A DNA stretch of 64,000 bases from Gordius albopunctatus (taxonomy: Eukaryota). The notes under the pieces were generated by a model, which was not told where the DNA came from, searched no databases, and was given only the letters and a program-made list of their open reading frames with translations. The first letter of the stretch is position 1, and each line of letters starts with the position of its first letter. The translations under genes and the position numbers were made by a program. Location of the stretch: contig OZ193909.1 in the NCBI GenBank assembly GCA_964276515.1, positions 310,001-374,000 on the forward strand, in the 5' to 3' direction. Positions 35,480 to 49,686 of the stretch are shown piece by piece.

Positions 35480-36781
35480 TTATACAGCTTGAACGTTGGC
35501 GGTGTCTTCGTCCATTTCCAATGGATTCTAAATATTAAATACTTTATTACTACAACTTAGCGAGACATCTCTGAGTACTAACGTGTGACAAAAAAATAAT
35601 TGACACGTACACGGGCGTAGTCAGCATCGGGACTAGAAGGAAACCATTATGATTTAAGGAGGGGCAACTTTTTATTTCAAATTTTAGGCATAATTTTATT
35701 AAAAACATTTTTTGCATTTGTGGGGAGGGGGGGGGGGGTAGCATCCCCTCTCTGCCGCCCTTCCTTTGCTACGCCCATGGACCCTATGTTGAAAATTTTA
35801 GAAGGACCCACCATCGAGCATTTATTTCAAAAGAGTTGAAAGTGAAATAAATAGCGTACCTCGATGGATTGCATAAATTTCTTGATCATTAGTTTGTCCA
35901 CCACACTCCAACTGTCCGTCTTAGCGCAATACAGTTTCTACATTTAAATTAATTTAATTCAAATAGCAATTACATACCGTCTTTCCCGATATTCTATCCA
36001 AAAATTCTTCTTCGTGAGTTTTTGGTTTGATGGGCGGGAGCCGGGGTTTGCTTTTGGGTTTAGATAAAAGCTGATCTTCGTCTTTTTGACTAATGGAATA
36101 GCGCATTATACTATCAGCACGCGCGTTATAATTCAGACTTTCTCGTTTCGTCTTTACATCTCTCTTAACTAAACCAACGTCAGTGCTCTTCTTAACGATA
36201 GGCAATTTAGGTTGTTCTTCGTCTAATGCTACACCTATAGTCTCCTCGGGTAAATTTTCATTTTCCAAATCATCCGATTTGTCTTCCCATCGTTTTCCCG
36301 CATCTGCCTCCATATCTATCTTAGGGGATTCGCTAAGGCTTAGAGATAATTTTCTACCAAATCCATCATTCGAATCCTTCATCACTAAACCAACAGGGGC
36401 TGGGGGTGATTTAGCTTTATATTTTTCTTTCGTAAATCTTCTTTCTTTTAAAGCTACATCTTCTTCGTCTAAATGACCTTTGCTATAGCCCAAAGCTTCT
36501 AGCCTAAGCTCGTCCGGCAATTTAGATATACTATCCGTCCTAGCGTGATATAAAACGCGTTGATTAGAGCTTTTACAAGGTGGTGGAGTCTTTTTATTAC
36601 TATTATTTTCTCGAGATTTCACCGTTTTCTTGGAATCAGGATTTGGGAATGGTAAGGTTTTAGCACCTTTCCAATTGCCCTTACTACTTTTCCCAGTCAA
36701 TGTTGATCTTCGCTCTCTACTGTCAGTTTCGGAATTGTATATTTCAACCTCTTCTTCCCCTTGTACCTCTTGCGAAGTCAT
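35480..36781 (-). CDS. Uncharacterised charged, low-complexity protein; complement(join(35480..35527,35860..35937,35978..36781))
   Basis: The long ORF is extended by two phase-0 GT-AG exons (KLYCAKTDSWSVVDKLMIKKFMQSIE; NPLEMDEDTANVQAV*). No recognisable domain. Confidence 0.7.
35610..35779. mobile_element. hAT-type MITE copy in an intron
   Basis: cacgggcgtagt...gctacgcccatg; internal sequence similar to the 4787 and 26838 copies. Confidence 0.7.
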
Positions 36782-37470
36782 TTTTAAAACGTTTCGTTAC
36801 ACTAGAATATGGCTTTCCAGAACAGCAAAATTTTGTATTAATTAAACGATTATGTAGTTAGAAAATTAGTTTTAAGAACTAATGCCATCTAAGATATTTT
36901 TAATTAAATAGTGCTTGTTTGAAACTAAGTAATGTAATACAATCATATTACATTTGCATTTTCTATGTTTTTTATAATGTAACAATCTTTTTATTGATTT
37001 GAGTTAGCATACACTATTAAGAAGTGAAAAAGTTATGGTTAATTCATCCCCTGAACAGAGCTATAACTAGCCCCGGTCACTTTTAAATTTTCTAGGTTTT
37101 TTTATTTTTTAAACTCATTTTCTAAAAAAACTATAAGCAAATTTTTCTCAATTTATTTTTCTTATAGTATTCCAATAAAAAAATTATAAAAAACTTTATT
37201 ATTTTTTTTAAACCGTGATTTAATTTTTCCTATCTTTTAAATTAATGCCATTACATATATTATTTTATAATTAAAATCGAATTGTATGATGAATTAATCT
37301 CATATTTATATTATCTCCTTGTAATTTACATCTGATTTTTGGATTTGCGCAATTTTGAACTTAGAAAGGGAAAATTGATTGATAGATGTTATAAATTATG
37401 ATAAACATAAAATTGATATCACGAACTCCCATTTTTCTTTTTTAAATATTAAAGTATCAACTTGTTTTAT

Positions 37471-37721
37471 GGAATCTGGTGCAAAATCTAATATGTGCAA
37501 AATGTAATATTCGTATTTTAGAAATTGAGACCGGTTTTCACGCATATTCATACGCATGTAATATTTACTAAAAAAGTAGTTGTTAATTGAAATAAGTTAT
37601 ATCAAAATGTATAATACTATTTTATATCAAATAAATACATATTATCAAATAAATCACTAAATCTAACCCTAACCCTTGCTCCCTATATTACATTTTGCAC
37701 ATATTACATTTTGCACAGAAG
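37471..37721. mobile_element. MULE-like MITE
   Basis: Inverted repeats gtgcaaaat(c/g)taatat x2 / atattacattttgcac x2. Flanks ttgttttat/tggttttat match at 8/9. Internal aaccctaaccct. Confidence 0.65.
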
Positions 37722-39302
37722 TGGTTTTATGGCCTAACATACACACATGCTGGCTATGCTCATGTTCATATCTGTATATGGGTGCAAATGTCCAAAAATT
37801 AGAAAAAATCCAAAATTGTCTAAATTTCTTAAAAGCCTTGCTAATGGAGTGTGAAATACGATATTCATAAATGCATCCTTGAATGGAATAGTTGACGAGG
37901 GGAAAAATGAGAATATTTTCTATTGACATATAAAAAGTGCTATTTTGGGCAAAAGTTTAGAAAAATTATTTTGTGTGGGCATGGGTCTTTAGTGAAGTAT
38001 TAGTTTAGTTATGCCTCATATCAAATGATTTCTTAAGTTGAAATTTAATTAAAAGTGACTTTGCAGTCCACCATTCTCCCTTAACTGGCATTTTATATGC
38101 CCATATGTATTTTTTAATAAAAACAATTATTTATTCAGTTTATTGGATAATCAGAGTAAACAAACACTTTTTTATTTTTTCAAGCAAATATTTTTTTATT
38201 TTTTAAACATAGTAAAAGCTTAAAAAAATTTTGTGAGCCATGGGACTCGCAACGACATAATAAACAAAGAGTATATCAAAGCAACACAAAATTTTTAAAT
38301 ATTTTATATGTTAATAAGTTAATATTTGACAGAAATATCAAATTTAGATTCTGCTAACGGCAAACTGATTTAAAAAAATATTTTTATATCTCTTTTTAAC
38401 TTTTAGAAAAGTTAATTCGCGCAAGATTTTTAGGGAGATTTCTGAGGTGTGCAAAATTTACAGAAACATGTGTTTAAAACAATCAGAAAACATATAAGAT
38501 TTAAAAAATATTAATTTCAACAACTGTTTGTAAAGCATAAATTAAAGTTTGGTACAAATTTAATGTATAAAACATAAAAATTTGAACTTCACTCACAAAT
38601 TAGATTAACACATGTGGGTTAAATAACTAAAAGTCTACGAAAAAAACTTTTAAGTCTAAAAAATATTAATTTTGTAAGAAATGATTTAAGTTAATAATTT
38701 TGCTCGATTAATTTCTAAATGTGTGCGCATTGTGGTAATTAAAAATTGAAAGTTATATTTTTGTTAGTTTTTAAACATATGTAAAAGTCATTAATTTTTC
38801 AACGAAAATGAAAGTTCAAGTCTAAAACCGCAAACATCATTGTTTTTTTCCCCCAATTTGAACTCTTAAATTAAACTATCTAAAGTTCAAACTCAAAAAA
38901 TTTTCTAATGTTTAAATCTTTTTAATCATATTTAAGACATACAGTTTTCAAGAGTTAATTAATTTATAACAACTTTGAAAAATTAAACTTTTTCTTGTCA
39001 AAAATGTAGTTAAAGTTGAAGGATTTCTAGAAATTTTTTCTCAAACAGATTGTTTAAAAGGGTGAGATATGATGAGTGTCTGCTGTTACTTTTAGATTGT
39101 TAGAACTATAAATAATTTTGAAATGGGATGATTGTATGGTCTGTTTTGGGATTTGAACTTTTAACTTTAGAAATAAAGTAAATGAACAGAAGTAACTTTA
39201 CAAAAAACTTGGTATAAAAGGTGAAAAATTGAGCAATAAATTATAATTTTATTTTGTTTCGAAAAAACTTGAAACTTTAAGATTCCATTTTTCTCCATAC
39301 CA

Positions 39303-40716
39303 ATGCATTATACTCACACCCTTTTAGTTGTCCTTGGTAAATAAACTTTTTTGTATTATTTTATTTTTAAATTTTTGTTTGCTCTTAGTTGGATGCCTGA
39401 TAAATTCAAACATACAGGGAAAAGAAGGCGAAACTATAACAGAACAAGTCATAAAGGCTAATTGGAAGGTCGGTCTCCACGCTTATAAGTAATAGAAATA
39501 TTTTATCCTCTTCCCCCCCCCCCCGTGCAATAAAATTAAAATTTAATATTTTCTCATAGATTATTTGCGTTGGAAAATGAGGAGAAAGGCGCTTTCTTTT
39601 CGCCATACAGCTTTACGGCTGTCCTATTCGGACTCATGATGGGTAGTAAAGGAGAAACGTTAGAAGAATTTAAAAAAGTAACTGGTCTAACGGGGGTTGA
39701 TATGAGTGAAAAGTACCATTTGGAACAAGCCAAATTATATTCTGACGCAAAAAAAAACAAAGGAGCCTATGAGAAATTGCTTGTGGCCAAGAGGTTCTTC
39801 TATGAAGAAAGTCTCAAAGTAGAATCAGAATATTTGAACCAACTTCAAAGCATTTATCAAATTTCGGCACAACCCATTAGATTCTCAAATCCAGATGGTG
39901 CCATTGGAGTTATCAATAGATGGGTAGCGACCAGCACTGATGATCTCATAGATGCTATAGTACCAATGGGTGATCTGCCTGCCGATACCAAATTTTTAGC
40001 CGTTAGTGGGGTTTACTTTCAAGTAAGTAAACGTTTCACATGGGATATGTAACATTATGATTTAATGACCAGAATAAGGTAAATTGTTTTCCCATTTCTG
40101 TCATTAGCCTAGGTGGCAGTGTACTTTCAAAAAATCTCTAACCAAACCGGGTCCTTTTAAGACTATAACCGGGATCAGTAAAACTTATCCTTACATGGAA
40201 TCCACCGGGCTCTACAATTACTACGAGGCTCCTCAATTTAAATCCACAATCTTAGAGCTTCCTTTGGAGTCGACTCATTACGCGATGTATATAATCAAAC
40301 CCGATCCAACCTATAAGCTGGTCGATTTCGAAAAAAACTTCCTAACCACGGATAATCTGAAAGCTATGGTAGGTTCCATGAAAGAGACCAACCTTAAGAT
40401 TCACCTACCCAAATTCGAAGCCAACCTGCATTACGAAATGAGTAGTGAATTAAGGGTTATGGGAGTTAAGTCAGCCCTCAATGCTGGCGCTGCTGATTTC
40501 GATGGAATATTTGGTGCTGGTGCGGGCAAAGTTGCTCTTAACAAATACTTTACCGAAGCTCATTTCGTGTTCTCAGAGGAAGGTTCCAATGCTACGCCAA
40601 AAACAGGAACGGGTCAAGCCACTGAATATAGAGCCGATACACCTTTCATGTACGCCATCATTTGTAAACAAACTAAAGCGCCTTTCTTCATGGGCCGTTT
40701 TACTGGATTTTATTAA
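39303..40716 (+). CDS. Secreted serpin, probably non-inhibitory; 4 exons (39303..39336, 39389..39488, 39560..40022, 40108..40716)
   Basis: Signal-like N-terminus MHYTHTLLVVLVGCLINS. Serpin motifs FFSPYS, GSKGET, INRWV...T, VYFQPRW, LELP, LPKF, EEG, ADTPF and FFMGR. GT-AG junctions are in frame. Confidence 0.9.
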
Positions 40717-42496
40717 AAGCACCCATATAATAGATCACCTAAATCTTAATTAAAATTTTTCAAAAATCATGAATTTACTTTTGTTTTCTTCACACGTGCT
40801 AATCTTGAGCAAATTTTGATTATAAAACAACACACATCGTTTGATTGTTATCCTAGCTAAATGTTAGACGCTTCTACTGAACCATACTGTATTAATAAAC
40901 AAAAAATTAGTAAAATTTTGGTGTGATGTTGAATTTGGAAAAAGCAGACGATCCAATAAAATAAATTTATTAAAGCAAACAAAATTATACAATTAAACAA
41001 TATTCCATGTTAAAAGTGTTACTTTTATGATGATTTATATATAGCTAGCTAATATAAATTAATTTGAAGACTATTTTTAAATTAATCAATTTTACACAAC
41101 CTATAGATAAATAATTGCAAATTTGAATTTTTTTGTTAAAATTGAATATAAAATTGAAGAACTTAATCTCTGATAAAAATTTGACACCCAACATATGTCT
41201 AAGAAACTTTTAGATACATCTTAAAATCTTGAAAAACACTTGAAAAAACCCTTTGAGTATATCCTTCTTTTAAGATATTTGATACGCTGGCACTCGTAAA
41301 AATTATCAAGTTGATTTGCCATATACAACTTAATTAATATTTCAAACGGCCTTATACATGCTTTAATGTGTCCCCTAGCCTAGCATTAGAGATGTCTTTT
41401 AGCACATTATCCAGAACTCTAGGGTTCCAAAGAAATTTCAAAGAGAGGGAGGGGGCAATTACGTAATTAGTTGATTGTCAGAGGTGTTTTTTGTGACACT
41501 AGACCCCTTCGGTCTTTATAATAAGTTTGGTAAATAAAAGGATTAATCTGAAGTGACCACCCACACATCTCTTTCTTACATTTCATTAAGTGAAAGGAGG
41601 GATTAAAATACCTTTTTGTCTTTTTTATTTGCGGGTAAATTATCGGATTACAACAAGGGTAAAACTAAAAACATGAAAAGATTAAAGAAAATTGCCACAT
41701 GGGGTACAGAGACTTGTATCCCTTTTACAAGGTATTAAGCAAATATAAATAATAACAATGTTTAAAGTCAATTTTGATAAATTAATCTACAAAAAATATA
41801 AAATTAATCAAGGTATTTTAATGAGAAAATGCTTTTAAAAACATTTGATTTTGATATTTGTTAAAATTTATGTAAATTAAAGATCGGAATAAATTATCAA
41901 ATTTAACATTTTTGTTGTGGGAAATTTTATTATGTTTCCGTAGCGTTATTATGTAACAGTCAATTGATTACAAGCTTTATGCTTGTCAACCAGTTGTCAT
42001 GTTTTTAAATAAATGAATATGATCGATGTAAATTTTGTAAAGATAATAAATAAACTTGAAATAAATCAAATCATTTGTCAGATATTATTGCGTGAGAAAA
42101 TAGATAAATTACTAAAAAGAACATCAAATATACAAAAAAAATCAAATAAATATTTATCTTTTAAATAGATTATCTCTAGGTTTAATATAACAAATTAAAG
42201 ATTTGTGGAGGTACCAGGTAAAGCTTAAGTAGATCAAATATCATGAAGGATTAATATAATACAATGTTTTCGAGTTGCATTCCATTCTCTGTATATAATA
42301 TAGGTGAGTAGGTTGAACTAGTTAGAATTAGGGCCTGAGAAATTTGATATTATTTAATTTTAAAATTAATATTATAAAAAATCCAAGATGCTTTAATTGC
42401 GTTTAAAATGCAGAATTGATTTGCGCTTGATTAGGCTGTTAATTTCTAACGTAAAAAGGGCAAATAGGCACATTAATTTATAATTGTCAATTCCAC

Positions 42497-42670
42497 CATT
42501 GGCGTACCCAGCATTGCAAGTAGGGGGGGGGGGCAATAATGACTTAAGGGTGGAAGGCAAAATGATCATTTTTTAAAATTTTAGCCGCGATTTTAATTAA
42601 TTTTAGCAAATTTTTGGATTTTGAGGGGGGCAGCCCCCCCCCCTGCTCCCTCCCCCTGGCTACGCCCACC
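42497..42670. mobile_element. hAT-type MITE copy upstream of neurogenin
   Basis: cattggcgtacc...ggctacgcccacc. Flanks aattccac/aatccctc match at 6/8. Confidence 0.7.
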
Positions 42671-43374
42671 AATCCCTCTAATTGCAAAATTACAATGATT
42701 TGTATGATGATAGACAAATATAATTCAAAAAATCGGAAAATACGATTAAAAATAGGAATTTAATTTTTGTTACAAAAATAAAAGATCAACGTGATATTAT
42801 TAGACTTATAAAAATGAAGCGTGGCGTCGTTTTGAAACGATAAATGGACGCGCTTGAGAGGTATGACAATTTATGGCAATTGACCTTAGCTTGAATTTGT
42901 CGCGCGTCCCTCTAAGTCCATGAACCATTTGACTGCCCCTATCTTCTTTATATCAGAGAAAAATAACAACTTTTTTGCAAAAAATGGTATAAAATAAGTA
43001 AAAAAACCTTTATTTCATATAATTTTTCATGTAGATTTTATAATATTTAAAAAATTCTTTTTGAGAAAGGCTATTACTGTCAAATATTTCCCCACTAACC
43101 CCATTTTGGCCCCCTTAATTAAGCGTAAAAATGAAGCCATCATCTCATCATCACGCATCGCGTATCTTCTGTAAGGTGTATACTACAGTGTTGCTTGTCG
43201 AAGGACGCAAAATGAATAATTCTACTATGGACGTGGAACGCGTCCCCTCTCTCTCACTTCAGCTCTGATGTGTGAATAATTACGAGGGGCAAAAGGGGCA
43301 AGAGTACCTGGGTTAAATACCCCCCCCCCCTACACAGATACATTTATGCTGCATGGTCCTATTATTTGTTTGGG

Positions 43375-43382
43375 TATATAAG
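43375..43382 (+). promoter_or_regulatory. Candidate TATA box of neurogenin
   Basis: TATATAAG with G-rich flanks, ~160 bp upstream of the ATG. Confidence 0.45.
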
Positions 43383-43535
43383 GCGATGGATATCGTAAAA
43401 TCTTATTTCATTTTAAAATTATTTCACCATTTAAACTACCTGCCTCTAACTACTGTCCCATTGCAAAATTAATTTTATCGAATTTTTTTTATCAAACGAA
43501 TTCAACTTAAGTAAAATACTTTTTCTAATTCAAAA

Positions 43536-44291
43536 ATGCAACATCATTTAAGACAAAATTGGGAAATGGCACCGGAAATTGCGACGCCAAATTACGGAAC
43601 CAATCATATTCAAATCAGAACGTTTCAAGGAGCCTCGATCAATCATAACTTCCATTCCTCTCACGCTCCTATGGGATTGGTCGAGACGACGTCGACGTTA
43701 CCAAGGCCATATCCAATCGCGAACCAAAAGAACGAAAAATGTATGACTGAAACGAAAAAAGGGCGCCGACGGGTCCGATCTCGCGCCAAAAACCCAGAAA
43801 TCCTGGTTAAAATCAAGAAAGTGCGCCGGGTTAAAGCCAACGATAGAGAGCGTAATAGAATGCACGGTCTTAATAGGGCTATGGAAAGTTTACGGAATGT
43901 TTTGCCCAATAATTTTGTCCTTTCTAATGCCTGTCAAAACTCGGATGTCAAACAACAACAGACAACGTCGGGTGATTCTGGGGAGTCAGGGAATGATGAA
44001 GATCTGCCTTGTCCGAGCCCGACATCTAGCCAAAAAACTTGTCACTTGCCTAAACTAACTAAAATCGAAACTTTGAGATTAGCTCATAATTACATATGGA
44101 CCTTGACACAAATGCTTAAAGAATCCGAAAACACGGGTCAAACACCGAATTCATTAGAACAATATCAAGATTTTCAGCAATTTCACAGCGAGGAAGCCTC
44201 AACTTCCAATGTGCAATGGTTTAATTCCGATTTTACAGATGCCTTTTTCGATAAGAAATTGACAAATTTTCCCAATTACATCAACCCTTAA
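43536..44291 (+). CDS. ngn: Neurogenin-family bHLH transcription factor, intronless
   Basis: [22 protein letters not shown] and [19 protein letters not shown] are diagnostic of neurogenin/tap. Confidence 0.92.
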   Translation: MQHHLRQNWEMAPEIATPNYGTNHIQIRTFQGASINHNFHSSHAPMGLVETTSTLPRPYPIANQKNEKCMTETKKGRRRVRSRAKNPEILVKIKKVRRVKANDRERNRMHGLNRAMESLRNVLPNNFVLSNACQNSDVKQQQTTSGDSGESGNDEDLPCPSPTSSQKTCHLPKLTKIETLRLAHNYIWTLTQMLKESENTGQTPNSLEQYQDFQQFHSEEASTSNVQWFNSDFTDAFFDKKLTNFPNYINP

Positions 44292-47200
44292 AAAGATTCA
44301 ATCATTATTTTTGCTTAAAGTGTTAAAGAATTTAGGTGGACAAAAGAATTGAAGAGTTCAGAGAAAGTGTGATTCAAAGAATACGAATTGTTCTCGTACA
44401 ATTTCAATGTGACGACCTTTTTCGCCTATTGTTGTTATTATGTTTCTTACATTTACTACTTATATCGCTACATAAAATAAAAAAATATAGCGTTAATTAC
44501 AAATGCTAACTTGAAATAAAATTATAATTTTTTTTTGAAATCGATACAAGTTTATTTCCAAATAATTATGTATGTTATAGGCTAAAATATATTAAATTAA
44601 TAAGCTGGCATCGAGCATGGATTGAGATTGTGTTAGATTTCCATGGTGATTTGCTTGATGTAGAAAAATTCTTTGGGATCTTGTGTGATTATCAAAATGC
44701 TTATAATGGTGTTTAATTTAATTCACCCCGAGAAATTGAAGGCCAAAAGTTTGACTCTTTAAGGCGACCGTGAAAGATGATTATTAAATATTTTAACAAA
44801 CATTTACTAAATAAATCAGATTTTTCACATTTTACCTTGATTTCTAACAATAGATGGGAAATCATTATTAATTTGATTCTTTTATTTGAAGCAAAATACC
44901 TAAATAAACAGCATTTTGAAAAGATGTAAGCGTTTAATATCAGTAAAGTTTCAAAGTCTATACAATGTGCATCTTTAAATTGAAAAGTTTCTATCAAGTC
45001 GAATATGACTTCGTGAATATATTTTTATTGCTAGATTGCCTTAAAATCAAATTATCATTATGGCTTAAGCCTTACAGGTTAATGAGACGGTATTTAAAAT
45101 AATTACTAACTTTTCAAAAATTGACGTTAAAACAAAATAAATAAAATTTCCAATCAATTAGATAATTGCTAGACACTTAGACTATATTAATAATGATTCA
45201 CACTTTAAATTTGTTTTTATTACATACTTGAAATAAATTAAAAATTTATAATCTATAGGGGGGGGGGCAATAGTACCAGACTTAATGGGGCATTTTTACA
45301 CCCTCTCTCTTCCAGGTCCTTTTTTATTGGTATATCCTTGTGGTGGTTGTGACAATTGTCATCACACTACACAGCAGGACTACTCAATGACGACGACCCA
45401 TATGTCATATAATATATTATTGTGTTAGGTAAGCGTAACTACAACTCCGTTTGTTATCAATGATATTTGATATTAAAAAATTTGAAAAATTTAATCAATT
45501 TTATGTTTTTTTTATTTGTTTTTCATAGTTTTATATAACATATAAAAATAATGCGTGTCTAATATTAATCATAAAATGACTGAAACTTTATAAATTCAAA
45601 AATTGAATCATACATATTGTTTTTAGGGATTTTGATAAATAAATCTCAAAATTAAATTAATTTATATTATTATTTAATGCATAACTTTAAATTAACAACA
45701 GTTTTGGCTTTCGCTCAATCGTGACTTTGTAAAAGGCTGGCGCCATTCCTTAATTAAATTATCCCAAAATGGTGCGCGTCCCTTTTACAAAATTACAATC
45801 CATAAAACAGATATTTATTTTATCTGGTCATAAATTATTTTATATAAGCCCCAGTACAGCCGAGTCTACATCTCAATTTTAAGATCGCCCGACCCCGAAA
45901 TGCCAGAGTTTTAAAAAATTTAGGCAAATTTATCATTTAAAACTTATTTATATAAAATAAAATTAATTGTTATTATTTTTAATCTCCGACTAGAATATGG
46001 AATAAAAAAATCCATTTAACGTGCTACAATTTATTCAGCCTTATAATTTCAACTTAAAATTCTAACGCAATAAAAGAAATTTAATTCAATGATTTAAATT
46101 AAAATTCTTTTTGCAATTTGTACCTATTCTATTTTTGAAGTTTTAATAACTACGATGGAGATAAATAAATATGAAATTAGCAATTTTGATCATAGTATTA
46201 TTATAGACAGGGGCAAAGGCTTCACTTTAAAAGCACTATTATGTACGCTCCACGAAATTATATTTATTTTATTACGCGTTCCGTTTATTTAAATCAGATT
46301 TTATAATAGGTTAGTTGTTAGACTTAATTCGGATTTGATCTCGGGCCGGGTCGAGGTATAGTTTAAAAATAAATTTCGTTAATTTTATATTAAAAATTAA
46401 AATTAAACTATTAAAATTTCCATAGAGTAAATATAGTAAAAATGGCTAATATAATTTGCTTTTTTAAATTTAAAGCAGGAGTTTGTCTTTTAATTTGATT
46501 TAATAACATTTTAAATTTTTGTTTAATTTTCATAATTTAGTATCATTCTTTCCTACAATGTTTAAAAGATTTGTGATTTTTCCTGATTTTGTAATTCTAA
46601 TATAGTAGGGCTAGGGATCAAGACGGAAGAAACTCATAAAAACCAATCCCACCACTGTGGGACCAATTACCTAAAGGATAGTCTCGATTCTTCATATAGC
46701 GCAAGACGGCTTTTCTAAATGTTAAATCCTTGAGAATAAAAATGTTTTTATTAAAATCTTAAAGTTATTTTCAAATTACACTCATTTTAATTGTTATTAT
46801 TAATAAAGTTCATTTTAGATTTTACAAATTAAAAAATATACATCAATTACTCAGAAAATCCAAATTTTTCAGATGACAAGCGTATTGTAATAATAAGGAC
46901 TGGAAGAAGGAAGGACTAGTTGATCTTTCATATAAATCCAAAAAGTCTTATATAGGGAACAAATTAATCGTTAAAATTAAAAAAATATATATTTGTTCGA
47001 ATGTCAATTATTATCAAACTTTTACTCTTTCTCCGCCCACCTCCCTCCCCACCCCCCATTTGAAGTTTCTAAGTTATGGCGACATTATTGGCACTCCAAT
47101 GATCACCACAAAGCTGTTAAAACCACGGGGATAATTTTAGATTAAAGGTTGTTTTAAAATAAAAGTCACAAAATCATATAGCAAATTACGTAAAAGTTAA

Positions 47201-48669
47201 TACCTCTAGAAATCTAATAAAATGTGAAATCTTCCGTAATGCCGCCTTTACCATCTGAATGATTTAAGCAATCATTTATTATATTTCTATTGAAAAGGAT
47301 TGGATATGTAAATCCGTTAATATAAACTATGCCATTCTCATCCTATTTTATAAATTTAATAATGGGATTGCTTAACCACTTTTACTAACTATGTGCAGAT
47401 ACCTAAGCATAATTGGCTTCAAGTAAATTGTAAACAATGGCATAGCTAAAGTAGGGGGGGGGGCAGAAGGCTGTTGGATTTTTGCGGATTTAAGAAGTTA
47501 GGATTTTGTTGTTGAGAGATGCTTGGAACCTCTCAGTCGTCTCGAACCCCTTAGCTATATCGGTCTTTTCAAACTTTTTGATCCCCTCGCCCCCCCCCTA
47601 GCTATGTCACTAATATATATAGACATCAGCTAAAGTTACCTATTATATCTCAGCCTACGTTAATGTTCATACTTGAATAATAGAAATAATAACTGTTAAA
47701 GGCCAATTTAGTTTACACTCTTAATTATGGTTTTGGTATTATAATACTCATTTAAACTCTCAATCATTCATATCAACTTATTTTAATTTTTGTCATCTCA
47801 GAATACAACATTAATTTTCAGCAAATAACAAAACCGTATTAAAATTTATATATGCAAAATTATTATGCCTCCGTATGTCTTTATTCATACAGTATACTCC
47901 TTAAAAAGGGACAAAATATTAAAAAAATTTAGATTACAATAAAAAGGTGATGTATTTTCTAATCAGCGAGCGTTATTTTCCTTCTTTAATAATCAAGATT
48001 ACTTTATGTATTGAGATAAAAAGTTATCTCAAGTTGTCGCAACCCAATATTATCATCGTCAATGAAAAACGAATTATATTAATTTACGAGGAGAATGATG
48101 CATTTAGAAAATGCCGTTCGTTCTATGATCAAATTCGCAAAACTTCATATTATGTCTCTTTATTTGAAATTAGCATGATAAAATTTCGTCCTTATTTAAA
48201 AAAAAATTTCGTATGTAGAAAACATTTTAAAATTATAAATTCTGTATTCGCGCTGTTACATAAATTTTATTAACTTCAGAAAACTAATAATAACTTATTC
48301 TTACAAATCCAAAATAGATTACAATAATCCAAAGGAATTTTTGAGCGAATTGCAACCACTATCCTATTTAACTTTCATTCAAAAATTAAGAGAAAACGAA
48401 TTATATGTTTTAAAATTTTTAAAATCTAGATTGCTGGATAAATTTGTAGTCTTCTGTGTTTTTTAAATTCTATTTAAAGACCTAAGAGCACTTCACAATT
48501 TGAGATAAATTCAAAAACAAAGTCAATTGGAAGAGTTATCATGTAGTTCGAAATGTCAAAACCTTTATAAAAATTTCTTGTAAATAAAAAATTAAATTAT
48601 TGATTGATAAAATATTACACTTTAATGGGTTGATCATACTAAATAAATAGATATGTTAAAATTACTTTT

Positions 48670-49015
48670 CCACAGTAATGTAACTAATTACAGTTGCAGT
48701 TACATTATTTCATAGGTAAATGATTACAGTTCCATTCACTTACCTGATGGAACTAGTTAAATTAAAAAAAACAATTTTTATAATATAATTTATTAGCAGA
48801 TTAGGAAAAAATCACATATTAATATGGTGATTCATTTTTAAAACGCTATATTCTATATTGTAGTCTAATAAGCTTGTCCGTTTAAAAAATATTATTTCAC
48901 CAAGACTTGATAGGCACTCAATGCAGGTACTGGATGGTAAGGGTACATTGAATTTAATAAATAGTTTTTCCAATTTAGGAAAATTATCATATATTTTTAA
49001 ACATTCAAATATCAA
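48670..49015 (-). mobile_element. hAT transposase C-terminal remnant
   Basis: FPKLEKLFIKFNVPLPSSTCIECLSSLG resembles the hAT dimerization motif. Repeated GTAACT/AGTTAC motifs at ~48670-48740. Confidence 0.55.
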
Positions 49016-49471
49016 ATGGCTTAATAATCAAAATTTAGATTTAAATTTAGCAAAAATTTAAAAATTAATCCTTTATAGTATATATTAAGTAATTCTTATT
49101 TGCAAAAATATTAAATTATGATATTTGTAATTTATAAAAGGGTGGATTATCTATTCAAATTAGTATTTAAATTTAATCGGAAAAAGAAATTTAAATTTAA
49201 AGCGATGAATACAAGATCACAATGTAAACCGTTAAATCCAACACGATTTTCATACACGGATCAATGCCATCCGTTCCGTTTAGTTATAGCGCGTTTTATA
49301 CTTTTTTAGTCGTGAATGTAATTTTTTGTACAATTTAAATATTAATTGTCCCTATTTATAAAAATCAATGCGGTAAAAAATTAAACTAAAAAGTTTAAAA
49401 AAAACTAGACCTGTAACTATATTATTTAATTTAATTTATGATTTTTAAATTTTATAAAAAGTATCTGTAAC

Positions 49472-49507
49472 CATAGACTAATAATACCATAGACTGCCGA
49501 ACAGCTG
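49472..49507 (+). repeat. Extra copy of the P-like terminal repeat
   Basis: catagactaataataccatagactgccgaacagctg is identical to 49687-49722 but is followed by different sequence. Confidence 0.9.
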
Positions 49508-49686
49508 ATAATTCAGAAGTAACTATTAAAGCCGCCATGCTTGTGGAAATTTTTAACTGCGTATAGAACTTAGCGTAATGTATTTTGTTCTATTTTACTA
49601 CATTTTATTTTAAATTTATAAATTAAGTTACTAAATCATAAAAAAACATTTAGTAAAGAAAAAATATAATTAAGGAAAGAGAAAAC

